Shown here in pieces: positions 21,501 through 28,989 of a stretch of 64,000 bases of DNA. Made by a program: the position numbers and the translations under genes. The DNA lies in assembly GCA_903831305.1 (NCBI GenBank), contig CAIKXE010000004.1:9026-73025 (forward strand), in the 5' to 3' direction. Numbering within the stretch: the first letter of the stretch is position 1; each line of letters begins with the position of its first letter. This stretch comes from an uncultured bacterium. Its GTDB lineage: Bacteria > Patescibacteriota > Minisyncoccia > Phycocordibacterales > GWA1-40-21. The notes below the pieces were generated by a model that was not told where the DNA came from, ran no database searches, and saw nothing but the letters and a program-made list of their open reading frames with translations.

Positions 21501-24500
21501 AACAACTGTAAATTTGATATAGCCCTTTCCCCGAGCCACTGTCTGCCAAATTTTAGATTCAAACGTCTCCCAATTTATCTCCACAAATTCAGGTACATAC
21601 CACTGATTATCTACTTGTAAAAGAATATAATACACACCAGGAGTAGATGGAGCAATAAAAGATGCTCCTTGTTTTTCTAAAGAAAAATTATTACTATTCC
21701 AACCTTTTGGACAATCAAACCCCTCGCAACCACCTCCTTCATAGCGCCCATTGTTTATAATATAAGTTTCTTTATTATAAGGGTCAGTACCTACGGGAGA
21801 AGAAGACTGTAAAATATCTGATCTTTTAATAACTAATTGTTGAGGAGCATTACTACAAGCATAGCTTGATAAACTACCGGTAATATAAAACTCTTCATTT
21901 GGTGAAAGGATGAGCTGAGGAGCCGTTATGGTCATGGTTGTCACATTTCCACCGATATTATAAGCTGTATTAGAAGTCCAGACCACACTATTGGCACTAG
22001 CACTATCAAACGCCAAGAAAGAAGAAATCAGAACTAACACAAAAACTAATATAGTTTTCATCTCCTTTCTTTTTCTAAAAATATAAACACTGATAGACAA
22101 AATAATAACAGACAGAACGCCGAGTAAATAAAAGATGGCTTTACTTGTCGTCTGGGTATTCCCAGTCACCTCATTAGTATAGGTCGTGATAATATTATCA
22201 TTATCATCAGTCACTTTTATATCAATAAATATATTTTGTGCAGAAGCTTTTGCCTTTAAGGAAATGTCCAAAGAGATACCTTTGTTAAAATCTAATTTTC
22301 GGCTATAAGCAGACACAATTTCCTTGTTTTCGTTTAGAATATTTATAAACAGATTAAGTGGATTTTCTTTTACTGTCGGACCTAGATCAATATCCAGTGG
22401 GGCTCCGGTATAGACCATGTTAAAATTATAAGTATCCCCAACCTTCAAAATATTTTTGTTCAATGAGACAGATTGGATAGCTGCCACTGACCCCGTCACA
22501 ATGTATCTTGCTAAAACAGTCGGAGTGACTTTAATAGCATCTGAGTTTAAAAAATCAACGGACAGCTCATAAACTCCTGACTTGTCTAAATATGAAATCC
22601 CCCACTGAAATAGTTTTGTAGTACTGGCAGAAATAGTTATAGGATCAAGCCTATAACTAGTAATCAAATTCCCCGATACGGTCCGATCATATATTTTAAT
22701 CTCAGGGGTTAAAACCTGTCCCGTAGTAAAAGGATTCTCTACATTTATGTAAAGTGTTCCTTTCTTATCTGGGGAGAGAGTCGGCCCCTCCTGCAATCCA
22801 TATTTTTTCTCTCCTATCGTTAGATAAGCATCACTGACCTTTAAAAGTGAGTTATCCCCAGTAACTTCAATAAACTTATCCTTCCAAGACAAAGGCATGC
22901 CGGCCGCAGTATAAAACTGAATTTGAATACCTAAGGCTTTTCCTGAAAAGTTAGTCGGCAGTAAATAACTAAAATTAATTTGTTTCATTTCTCCCGCCTT
23001 TAGAAAAACCGGGCCGTATGACTTACTATCATAAATGACGCCCGCCAAACCGTTTCTCCGATACTCCCCAGCCAAAGAAACCGTATATTTTAAATCTGGC
23101 AAATTATAGTCCTTATCATTTTTCAAAGTAAAAGTTCCTGTTACTTCTTCACCAGCGGAATATTTATCCTTGGGCAGAGAAATATTTTTAATCTCCACTG
23201 ATGGCAGATTATTCAGCTCCGCTATCTCAGCCGGAGTAGCCTGAACTTCATAAGTGTCACCATTATTGGTTTGAGCCAAGACCGTATTAGCTGAAAAAAT
23301 TAAACTGCAAGACACTCCAATAAACAAAAATGTTTTCAGCATTTTATTTTTTTTATAAAACACACTGATAATAATTATTGCTAATAAAACCAAAAGCCCT
23401 AACGCCCATAAAACACCAGGAAAGCCGGTCGAAACGTTATTGCCTGTTATTTCGTGATTATAAGAGGTAATTTTGTCACCCTTGGCATCGGTCACTACCA
23501 CATTTACAAATACCCTGCTAGCACCAGCATTAGCGGTCAAAGGAACTTCTAATACGACTCCTTTATTAAAATCTAATTTACCATTATAGCTTGATACGAG
23601 GCGAGCCTCCTCATTCAAAATAGTAACTGATACATTGAGTACATTTTCCTTAAGAACAGAGGGTTGATCTATATCTTTTGGTATTCCCGTATAAACCATC
23701 TTAAAATTAAACTCCTTACCAGATTTTAAAGTATTCTTGTCTAGAGTGATCTGCTGAATAGTGGCCATCGGTCCGCTGATAACATATTTGACCAAGGTGG
23801 TCGGTGCTACTTTCACTTTTTGGCTGTTATAAAAGTTTACGGCCACTTCATAAATACCAGGCTTATCTAAATATGAGATTTCCGAGGAAAAAGATTTTGT
23901 ACCCCTAGCAGAAATTGTAAATGGTTTTAAAGTGGTGGTTTTAAGCAATGCCCCCATGGCTGATTGGTCATAGATTTTAATTTCGGGGGTGAGGGTTCGT
24001 TCCTGATTAAAAGGATTTTCCAGCTTTACATTTATTACCGCTTTCTTAGTGGCTGACAAAGTCGGCCCTGATGATACAGAATATTTATTATTCCCAATAT
24101 TAAGATAAGCATCAGCTATTTTCATCATTGAGTTTCCACCTGTTACTTCAAGAGGTTTATCCTTCCAAACCAAAGGTAGCCCGGTAGAGGTATAGAGCTC
24201 TATGCGGAGTCCCAAGTTTGACCCAGCTACATTACTTGGTAACAAATAACCAAAACTAATTTCTTTTGTTTCACCAGACTTCAAAAAAACAGGACCGTAA
24301 AACCGGCTATCGTATATTTCTCTCGCCAGACCATCAGCCCCATACCCGCCTACTAAAGATATCTGGTATTTCAAATCAGGAATGCTGTAGCCTTTAATAT
24401 TTTTAATAACAAATACTCCCGCTACTCCTTCGCCTTGAGTATAGGTAGATTTGGCTGGAGAAATATCTTTGATCTCAATTACGGGCAGACTGTCTGTCTT

Positions 24501-24632
24501 GGCCAACTCCTCTAGAGTGGTTTGCACCAAATCCATATTTCGGTTTACTGTCTGGGCTGAGGCGCTAGGGAGAAAAAAGCCAGACCCCAACAAAACCAAA
24601 GCCAAGACAGAGATCAAGAGAAGTTTTTTCAT
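15558..24632 (-). CDS. Giant (3024 aa) polytopic surface protein: two paralogous modules of about 430 aa, then a module of about 2170 aa with FN3-like, PKD-like, B-repeat-like and Cys-rich WxWTC repeats
   Basis: A single uninterrupted frame. The N-terminus MKKLLLISVLALVLLGSGFFLPSASAQ is a signal peptide. There are internal TM + KKNK/RKRKE + signal-like segments at residues of about 415-450 and 845-880. PKD-like units carry (T/V)TWTAT.TGG.G.YTY.W. FN3-like units carry GYK(V/I)Y. The DGQKNGNETDVDCGGSC motif is present. Confidence 0.7.
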   Translation of the reverse strand: MKKLLLISVLALVLLGSGFFLPSASAQTVNRNMDLVQTTLEELAKTDSLPVIEIKDISPAKSTYTQGEGVAGVFVIKNIKGYSIPDLKYQISLVGGYGADGLAREIYDSRFYGPVFLKSGETKEISFGYLLPSNVAGSNLGLRIELYTSTGLPLVWKDKPLEVTGGNSMMKIADAYLNIGNNKYSVSSGPTLSATKKAVINVKLENPFNQERTLTPEIKIYDQSAMGALLKTTTLKPFTISARGTKSFSSEISYLDKPGIYEVAVNFYNSQKVKVAPTTLVKYVISGPMATIQQITLDKNTLKSGKEFNFKMVYTGIPKDIDQPSVLKENVLNVSVTILNEEARLVSSYNGKLDFNKGVVLEVPLTANAGASRVFVNVVVTDAKGDKITSYNHEITGNNVSTGFPGVLWALGLLVLLAIIIISVFYKKNKMLKTFLFIGVSCSLIFSANTVLAQTNNGDTYEVQATPAEIAELNNLPSVEIKNISLPKDKYSAGEEVTGTFTLKNDKDYNLPDLKYTVSLAGEYRRNGLAGVIYDSKSYGPVFLKAGEMKQINFSYLLPTNFSGKALGIQIQFYTAAGMPLSWKDKFIEVTGDNSLLKVSDAYLTIGEKKYGLQEGPTLSPDKKGTLYINVENPFTTGQVLTPEIKIYDRTVSGNLITSYRLDPITISASTTKLFQWGISYLDKSGVYELSVDFLNSDAIKVTPTVLARYIVTGSVAAIQSVSLNKNILKVGDTYNFNMVYTGAPLDIDLGPTVKENPLNLFINILNENKEIVSAYSRKLDFNKGISLDISLKAKASAQNIFIDIKVTDDNDNIITTYTNEVTGNTQTTSKAIFYLLGVLSVIILSISVYIFRKRKEMKTILVFVLVLISSFLAFDSASANSVVWTSNTAYNIGGNVTTMTITAPQLILSPNEEFYITGSLSSYACSNAPQQLVIKRSDILQSSSPVGTDPYNKETYIINNGRYEGGGCEGFDCPKGWNSNNFSLEKQGASFIAPSTPGVYYILLQVDNQWYVPEFVEINWETFESKIWQTVARGKGYIKFTVVPPVEIRAKTSDVCDGFVILNWNSVPGITSYQVYKKNASGTVFVSTVTGISYELNAVIGDSFAIKPLITGVDPANIPFSNFATAVPSAPCIITPTPIPSPKVSCSANRSSAKVGQLVTWTAVATDGTAPYRYRFTDERSGLEMATTSSANTTIVYSTPGTYAFSVKVIDQANKESFSNCSNQVVVGPGLDVSCSYLGKSSYDENYGDALQWTASASNGDAPYTYTWKGDPTSLLNSLPGDSLNTVWQEYNSQTKTRYTVEVTATDSSSISASSTCEVVIDPYIPCAGKIPPNGIACSETITNVGGTWSEVFICPAIVSNCQYKTISAPSSLTAQATPGQCGGFTTLSWQPVTGVTGYKVYRGTETTPLVTTTVTSYTLLASTTDTFTVRSYLDTQESVSSNSVNGVPSAPCPVPVAGACSLPLVVNTCAIEGTFTNTEDTADTSFWTCNGQYGGASTTCSLPYPVLTVSKSGSSGTGLVTSTSSIPVTPVINCDADCKNASITVIPGADIILTANPIPGNTFIGWSGGGCSGTALTCTFTMSTTTTVFARFGLGAPNLTATTSASCGGNISLNWDAIPGAAGYHIYKSIDGVVFTPLYETPATSYIASSTGQYFQVKAVDVGQTESLASNSVSPIPSVSCTSTLTVTKIGTGTGTVSGGGISCGAGCLATSTSVINGTTVTLTATPTTGSAFVGWSGGGCSGTALTCTFTMSTTTTVFARFGLGAPNLTATTSASCGGNISLNWGTIPGAKGYNIYVSSNDVVFTLLRYTVNISYVASSTAGQTFRVKAVDNGNAESAFSSSATAVPSGPCTSTLTVTKTGTGTGTVSGGGVICGATCLATSTSVINGTTVTLTATSTAGHIFVGWQGGVCSGTALTCTFTMSTSTTVTAQFNLGAPTSLVATAAQCGGYTTLSWRPVPGTTGYKVYRGTETTPLVTTPVLAYTLLASTTDTFTVRSYLGTQESTSSSAVHGVPSAPCPPTTITAESAGQCGGYTTIRWSTVPGVTGYYVYKGTNRIATTTATSTTATSSATDLFMVSSYLGAKESALSVGVFGAPSNPCNPACGTVADEVRPAGIDRSTPPDTAEEKCQVGIASAINGDANGPWNWTCTEVTSSVTCTVTPPPVPPPAYCGTFNATTTAIAPSTNEEKCRVGIPSDITGGIDAPWTWTCSSAGYVSSCSTTFPAAPLLASCSVSPSTAAIGETVTWTATPTGGVGDYTYSWVGPNLTGNNSAAATTSYSEADDYYGQVTVTDQDANEYTVSCDNHVTITPDPTVSCSGTRYYDDPLNIPSGKISWLATSYNTGNPNYFWNGDLSSTSATFLQNIVTGTTKYIANIKVIDSVNNKTATSSCEIQTNGVDGTCGVPKDTCPTGDFVDVADEGATYKWDCNGRYGGLNAQCSACMDTPTEPANTYCGSANGTARTTAPNTDTEKCDIGTASAVVGGSTGPWTWSCSNNCYVSTCSASAVVVPETATLSINRVGPGIVSDATTMILCGPAATDCVVTFPVGTTIALTATPDSGASFQGWSGGGCTGTGGCGFVLNTNTTINATFTPPPVVYPSCGSANGTTRTTAPSTLAEKCSIGTSGVVSDGTDSWSWTCANQGNEVSCSATKSGTFTVSCTVAPATVLTGDTVTWTATSTGGVGAYTYSWAGTNLTGKNTAIVTTSYATAGTYYGIATITRGTETSSANCVNSASENNVIVRDHLTASCSVTPATALTGQTVTWTATSTGGIGAYTYLWAGTNINGATTSVVNTSYTSVKNYTATSTINSGTETLSAGCPNLSVTTPPSPTCTDGQKNGNETDVDCGGSCPACEVSCTENCGGNPDEGDYCSSTAGECIGGATPSQSPYISGDWTCTKGTTISYCSGVPGSDLSCTVELTSPSSPIINRGSNSLWTATVYGPDGTYQYSWYIINRNNPITVANPHGTPISGSSTDNTYYYFLRTTGLNTVTAKVTDGTKVAYCSNNPSVTVVESGGSNSEF
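18780..20160. repeat. Intragenic tandem DNA repeats (period about 519 bp; 2 full copies plus partial copies) inside the giant gene
   Basis: 19264-19420 and 19782-19940 are more than 95% identical (cccagttta.agaaat.tttcccccgcaagaggcagaagtagtagccgtaagattaggtgctccaaggccaaacctggcaaaaacag...). 18790-19100 is a more diverged copy. These encode the repeated protein unit of about 173 aa, GAPNLTATTSASCGGNISLNW...TLTVTK.GTGTGTVSGGG..CGA.CLATSTSVINGTTVTLTAT. Confidence 0.8.
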
Positions 24633-24745
24633 AATAAATTAATAATTATTAATAATAAATAGCTGGTAAATTAGCCCACCAAGTTTTTATTATAAAAACT
24701 TAAATGAGCAAACTACTGCCTCAGATAATTATACCATACCCCCGC

Positions 24746-24773
24746 TTGACAACAAGGGTAAATTTGCTATACT
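24746..24773 (+). promoter_or_regulatory. Putative sigma70-like promoter for nusA
   Basis: TTGACA, a 16-nt spacer, then TATACT (cttgacaacaagggtaaatttgctatacttg), about 155 nt upstream of the nusA ATG. Confidence 0.35.
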
Positions 24774-24930
24774 TGAGTAGTAAGGTTTCAGTTCGCCCAC
24801 AAAGCGGACTTAATTTTTTATCAAATAATAAGGATGAGGGGTTGGAAGATATAGTTTAATTTTTTTGTCCGGACCCAACCAGACTAAAAAAATTAAATAT
24901 ATCCTTCCACCCCTCCCAAAAATAAACAAC

Positions 24931-26121
24931 ATGGTAGATCTTAAAGTCTTAAACGCAGTGTTAGAACAACTAGAACAAGAAAGAGGTGTCCCCAAGGAAA
25001 AGATGCTTGAGGCTATTGGCATGTCCCTCGCGACCGCCTATAAGAAGGAATACGGTAAAAGAGGCCAGATTGTCAGGGCTAAATTTGACCTAAATACCGG
25101 TAAAACTGAGTTTGAACAGGTAAAAACCGTCGTAGAGAAGGATAATGTCATTATGCGTGATGAAAGTGAGATTGATTTGACCAAAAAGGAGGTTTTTAGC
25201 CATAAAACCGCTAATAAAGCCAGTGATGTGGAGGAAACTGAAGGTGATTTAGTCTATTTTAACCCGGAACACCATATTCTACTGGAAGATGCTAAAAAGA
25301 TTAAGAAAGGTATTGCCGCTGGTGATGAGATGATTTTCCCCTTGGAAGCCAAGGATGATTTCAGCCGTATTGCCGCTCAAACTGCCAAGCAGGTCATCAT
25401 TCAGAAGCTCCGCGAGGCGGAAAAAGTGTCTGTTTTGGGTGAATATGGCAAAAAAGAAGGTGAAATCGTCACTGGTTCCGTCCAAAGGATGGAAAGAGGT
25501 AACATTTTCATTGATATGGGGCGAGCAACCGCTATTTTGCCATTTGAAGAGCAAATTCCAGGTGAAAAGTATGCCCAAGGTGAGCGAATACGAGCTTATT
25601 TATATAGAGTAGAAGAGACCCCTAAGGGGATTTTCCTCAAATTATCCCGTTCTCACCCTAAATTCTTGGAAGAATTGTTTAAAATCGAAGCTCCAGAGGT
25701 GTTAAACGGTGTTGTGGTTATGAAAGCCATCGCTCGTGAGGCTGGTTCTCGTTCCAAGGTAGCCGTGGAATCCACGGACGCCCATATTGACCCCGTCGGA
25801 TCCCTGGTGGGTCAGCGTGGTGTGCGCGTGGCCACGGTTATGAGTGAGCTGGGTGGAGAAAAAATAGACATTATTGAATGGTCGGCTGATCCTAAGAGAT
25901 TCTTGGAAGATGCCTTGTCTCCGGCCAAAATCCTAAATGTGGAGATAGATGAGACAGAAAAGAAGGCTACGGTTGAAGTTTCTCCTGACCAACAGTCATT
26001 GGCTATCGGTAAAGGTGGACAAAACGTCCGTCTCGCCGCCAAGCTCACTGGTTGGAAGATAGATATCAAGTCCACCGCCGCTCCGGTGGCTGAAGAAACA
26101 GTAGAGAAAATAGAAGAGTAG
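24931..26121 (+). CDS. nusA: Transcription termination/antitermination factor NusA
   Basis: MVDLKVLNAVLEQLEQERGVPKEKMLEAIGMSLATAYKK is the NusA N-terminal domain, followed by S1 and tandem KH regions (GQRGVRVATVMSELGGEKIDIIEW). The start is the internal Met of the track ORF. Confidence 0.85.
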   Translation: MVDLKVLNAVLEQLEQERGVPKEKMLEAIGMSLATAYKKEYGKRGQIVRAKFDLNTGKTEFEQVKTVVEKDNVIMRDESEIDLTKKEVFSHKTANKASDVEETEGDLVYFNPEHHILLEDAKKIKKGIAAGDEMIFPLEAKDDFSRIAAQTAKQVIIQKLREAEKVSVLGEYGKKEGEIVTGSVQRMERGNIFIDMGRATAILPFEEQIPGEKYAQGERIRAYLYRVEETPKGIFLKLSRSHPKFLEELFKIEAPEVLNGVVVMKAIAREAGSRSKVAVESTDAHIDPVGSLVGQRGVRVATVMSELGGEKIDIIEWSADPKRFLEDALSPAKILNVEIDETEKKATVEVSPDQQSLAIGKGGQNVRLAAKLTGWKIDIKSTAAPVAEETVEKIEE

Positions 26122-26179
26122 TACCGCCCTAACAAAAGCCCTCAGAATATACTTTCCGAATAAAGGGTGCAAAGCACTT

Positions 26180-26335
26180 CCACTAAATCCCCACCTTAGT
26201 TAAGGCGGGGTGGTGAGGCTTTGCGAACCGGGGCGGTGTGTCTGTAGGGAGTACCGAGTCAGCGAGGGGAGGTGGTATAAAAAAACGGAAACAAACAAGG
26301 GCGGGAGGGGGTGCAGCACCCCCTCCCGCCCTTTC
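26180..26335 (+). repeat. GC-rich structured intergenic element, family C copy 1
   Basis: Hairpin ccccaccttagttaaggcgggg plus the motif gggagtaccgagtcagcgaggggaggtggt (also present at about 32246 and about 46938). A perfect 15-bp-stem hairpin ggcgggagggggtgc/gcaccccctcccgcc follows. Confidence 0.6.
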
Positions 26336-26337
26336 CG

Positions 26338-26553
26338 CTACTTCCGTGGTTTATGTAGCTTCTTAGTGGCATGCCACCGACGTGGCTTATGCTTTTGGGG
26401 TTTATTACTGTCGCACCACTTCTCAAAGCGCTGCCACCAGTCCAAACATTTACACACCACGATAGCACACAGAAGCACCGCACAACACAGAATACCGGCA
26501 AGAACCATCAGACCAAGGGTTTTAGCCTGCCATGTCATATTATCCCAGGTCAT
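26338..26553 (-). CDS. Small membrane protein (71 aa; single TM, Cys-rich, basic C-terminus), hypothetical
   Basis: A strong SD (aaggaggg) sits 5 nt upstream of the ATG on the minus strand. One TM helix, TLGLMVLAGILCCAVLLCAIVVC. On the minus strand it is followed by the GC hairpin 26302-26332 plus a T-tract, an intrinsic terminator. The overlapping plus-strand ORFs lack such signals. Confidence 0.45.
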   Translation of the reverse strand: MTWDNMTWQAKTLGLMVLAGILCCAVLLCAIVVCKCLDWWQRFEKWCDSNKPQKHKPRRWHATKKLHKPRK

Positions 26554-26712
26554 CTCGCCCTCCTTAACCTTTTATGGTCTTCTATTTTTGCCCCTATTCC
26601 AAATCTATTCTTAATAATACATATAAATGACATAATTGAAAGAGTTTAAACAAGGTTGTCTTATTTCTAAAAATCCGCTATAGTAAACCACATTATTAGT
26701 TTATTAAGATAA

Positions 26713-26800
26713 GAGAGCAAACATATTTGATTTTAAAATGTCTGGCCGAAGTTCTGACGAGGAGATCCGAGGACTTTTAAAATTAAATATGTTTGCTCTC
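26713..26800 (+). repeat. Family A miniature palindromic element, copy 1 (core about 64 bp with 14-bp TIRs, nested in a copy-specific 16-bp inverted repeat)
   Basis: gagagcaaacatattt | gattttaaaatgtctggccgaagttctgacgaggagatccgaggacttttaaaattaaat | atgtttgctctc. The core recurs at 36721-36820 (minus) and 41144-41236 (plus). This copy ends 15 nt upstream of the hppA ATG. Confidence 0.7.
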
Positions 26801-26814
26801 GCAACAATAAAAAT

Positions 26815-28830
26815 ATGTCAGGATACATTTGGTTTGCACTCATCGCTTCGCTCGTCGCTATCATCTATGGTCTGGTTCTCGCCCGATCAATTTTAAAAAA
26901 GTCCGCTGGTAATGCCCGTATGCAAGAGATTGCCAAAGCAATTCAAGACGGTGCCGGGGCTTATTTAAATAAACAATACAAAACTATCGGTATCATTGCC
27001 GCCATTTTGTTTTTGATAATTGGTTTTATTCCTAAACTTGGTTGGACCATGGCTATTGGCTTCCTCGTCGGGGCCTTTCTCTCGGCTCTTGCCGGCTATA
27101 TCGGGATGAACGTTTCTGTCCGCGCCAATGTCCGTACTACTGAAGCCGCCAGAAGTGGCATCAACGCCGCCCTCTCCCTGGCCTTTAAAGGCGGTACGGT
27201 TACTGGTCTTCTCGTCGTCGGTCTCGCTCTTCTCGGTGTCACCGCTTTTTATGCTATCACCGGTAGTGTCACCGCTCTCGTTGGTCTTGGTTTTGGAGCC
27301 TCCCTCATTTCCGTTTTTGCCAGACTCGGTGGAGGAATATTCACCAAAGCGGCAGATGTGGGTGCAGACTTAGTGGGAAAACTGGAAGCGGGAATTCCTG
27401 AGGATGATCCTCGAAATCCAGGCGTAATTGCTGATAACGTCGGAGACAACGTCGGTGACTGTGCTGGTATGGCCGCTGACCTCTTTGAGACTTATGCCGT
27501 TACCTCGGTGGCTACCATGCTTCTTGGTTCACTTCTCTTTGTCGGTTTTCAAGGCGCTATTTTATATCCCCTTGCTATTGGTGGTATTGCTATCTTTGCT
27601 TCCATTATCGGTACTTGGTTTGTAAAACTCAGTGCTGGTAGCCAAAACATTATGGGTGCTCTCTACAAAGGATTGATCGTTTCCGGAATTCTCGCCGTGG
27701 TCGCCTTCTACCCTATTACCAAAATGTTGATGGGCGGTCAGAATCTTTATTCTGTCTGGGACCTTTTCATCTGCTCCCTTGTTGGTCTCGTAGTAACTGG
27801 CGCCCTCGTCGTTATCACTGAGTACTTCACTTCTACCAAATATTCTCCCGTCCAAAGTATTGCTAAAGCTTCCCTCTCCGGACACGGCACAAACGTTATC
27901 CAAGGTTTAGCTATTTCCATGAAGTCTACCGCTTGGCCTTTGATCACTATCGTCCTCGGTATCCTTATTACTTATTATTTTGGTGGGCTTTACGGTATAG
28001 CGGTGGCGGCTATGTCCATGCTTTCTATGACCGGTATTATTGTGGCCATTGATGCTTATGGCCCTATCACTGATAACGCTGGTGGTATTGCGGAAATGGC
28101 GGAATTACCAGAATCCGTTCGTGATGTCACTGATCCTTTGGACGCTGTGGGTAACACCACCAAAGCTGTCACCAAGGGTTATGCTATCGGTTCCGCTGGT
28201 CTCGCTGCCCTTGTCCTCTTTGCTTCTTATACGGAGGAAATTGTCAAAGCCGGCAAAACTATTTCTTTTGACTTAAGCAATCCTTACGTTATCGTCGGTC
28301 TCTTTATTGGCGGTCTTCTCCCTTATTATTTTGGTGCTCTCTGTATGGAGGCCGTGGGTAAGACTGCCGGCAAGGTGGTAGAGGAAGTCCGCCGACAGTT
28401 CAAAGAGATCAAAGGTATTATGGATGGAACCGGCAAGCCAGATTATGCGGAGTGTGTTTCTATCGTGACTGGTGCGGCTATCAAGCAGATGATCATTCCC
28501 GCCCTGATTCCTGTCCTTACTCCTATCCTCATCGTCTTAATTTTTGGTAAAGATAATGGCCTAGTGGTCCTCGGTGGTTTGCTTATGGGTTCTATTGTCA
28601 CCGGTCTCTTCGTCGCTATCTCTATGACTTCTGGTGGTGGCGCTTGGGACAATGCCAAGAAATATATTGAGAAAGGAAACTTTGGTGGTAAAGGTAGCGA
28701 TGCCCACAAGGCCGCCGTCACTGGTGACACCGTGGGTGATCCTTACAAGGATACTGCTGGCCCCGCTATCAACCCCATGATCAAGATTCTAAACATTGTG
28801 GCTCTTATTATTGTCGCGCTGATGGTGTAG
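26815..28830 (+). CDS. hppA: K+/H+/Na+-translocating membrane pyrophosphatase
   Basis: 671 aa with many TM segments. Signature GDNVGDCAG and a DVGADLVGK-type motif. Confidence 0.9.
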   Translation: MSGYIWFALIASLVAIIYGLVLARSILKKSAGNARMQEIAKAIQDGAGAYLNKQYKTIGIIAAILFLIIGFIPKLGWTMAIGFLVGAFLSALAGYIGMNVSVRANVRTTEAARSGINAALSLAFKGGTVTGLLVVGLALLGVTAFYAITGSVTALVGLGFGASLISVFARLGGGIFTKAADVGADLVGKLEAGIPEDDPRNPGVIADNVGDNVGDCAGMAADLFETYAVTSVATMLLGSLLFVGFQGAILYPLAIGGIAIFASIIGTWFVKLSAGSQNIMGALYKGLIVSGILAVVAFYPITKMLMGGQNLYSVWDLFICSLVGLVVTGALVVITEYFTSTKYSPVQSIAKASLSGHGTNVIQGLAISMKSTAWPLITIVLGILITYYFGGLYGIAVAAMSMLSMTGIIVAIDAYGPITDNAGGIAEMAELPESVRDVTDPLDAVGNTTKAVTKGYAIGSAGLAALVLFASYTEEIVKAGKTISFDLSNPYVIVGLFIGGLLPYYFGALCMEAVGKTAGKVVEEVRRQFKEIKGIMDGTGKPDYAECVSIVTGAAIKQMIIPALIPVLTPILIVLIFGKDNGLVVLGGLLMGSIVTGLFVAISMTSGGGAWDNAKKYIEKGNFGGKGSDAHKAAVTGDTVGDPYKDTAGPAINPMIKILNIVALIIVALMV

Positions 28831-28837
28831 CTCCCCT

Positions 28838-28900
28838 TTCCCCACCTTAGTCAAGGCGGGGTGTCTGTTCTGACAGACGGGGCGGTTGGTCAGGTATTGA
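28838..28900 (+). repeat. GC-rich hairpin element related to family C (lacks the gagtaccgagtc motif)
   Basis: ccccaccttagtcaaggcggggtg plus the gtctgttctgacagac hairpin plus ggggcggttggtcagg, immediately after the hppA stop. It shares ccccacctta...aaggcgggg and cggggcggt with the element after nusA. Confidence 0.5.
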
Positions 28901-28920
28901 ATTTAAAATTTTTAGTGTAT

Positions 28921-28957
28921 AATAAACGTATGGAGATATTTTCTCCATACGTTTATT
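28921..28957. terminator. Perfect 16-bp inverted repeat hairpin
   Basis: aataaacgtatggaga tatt ttctccatacgtttatt, in an AT-rich context between hppA and the next gene. Probably a terminator or operator. Confidence 0.4.
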
Positions 28958-28989
28958 AATTAACTACTCGATTAAAATTCGAGAAAAAA

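Noticed and set aside
22062-23342. Treating the three modules of the giant ORF as separate genes with internal starts at about 23342 and about 22061
   Set aside because: No stop codon separates the modules. The region upstream of the module-2 Met is A-rich coding sequence without an SD. The SD-like aaggag before the module-3 Met abuts the ATG with 0-1 nt spacing. Kept as one CDS, with the alternative recorded as a finding.
26210-26649. Plus-strand ORFs 26210..26614 and 26371..26649, and minus-strand ORF 26259..26501, in the nusA-hppA spacer
   Set aside because: They overlap the GC-rich hairpin and repeat elements and have no SD. The only supported small gene here is the minus-strand 26338..26553.
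26713-26800. Hammerhead ribozyme hypothesis for the family A core (it contains CUGACGAGG)
   Set aside because: The CUGANGA-like string is not conserved in copy 3 (tctgcgacggg). I can find no GAAA or helix-III/cleavage-triplet arrangement.
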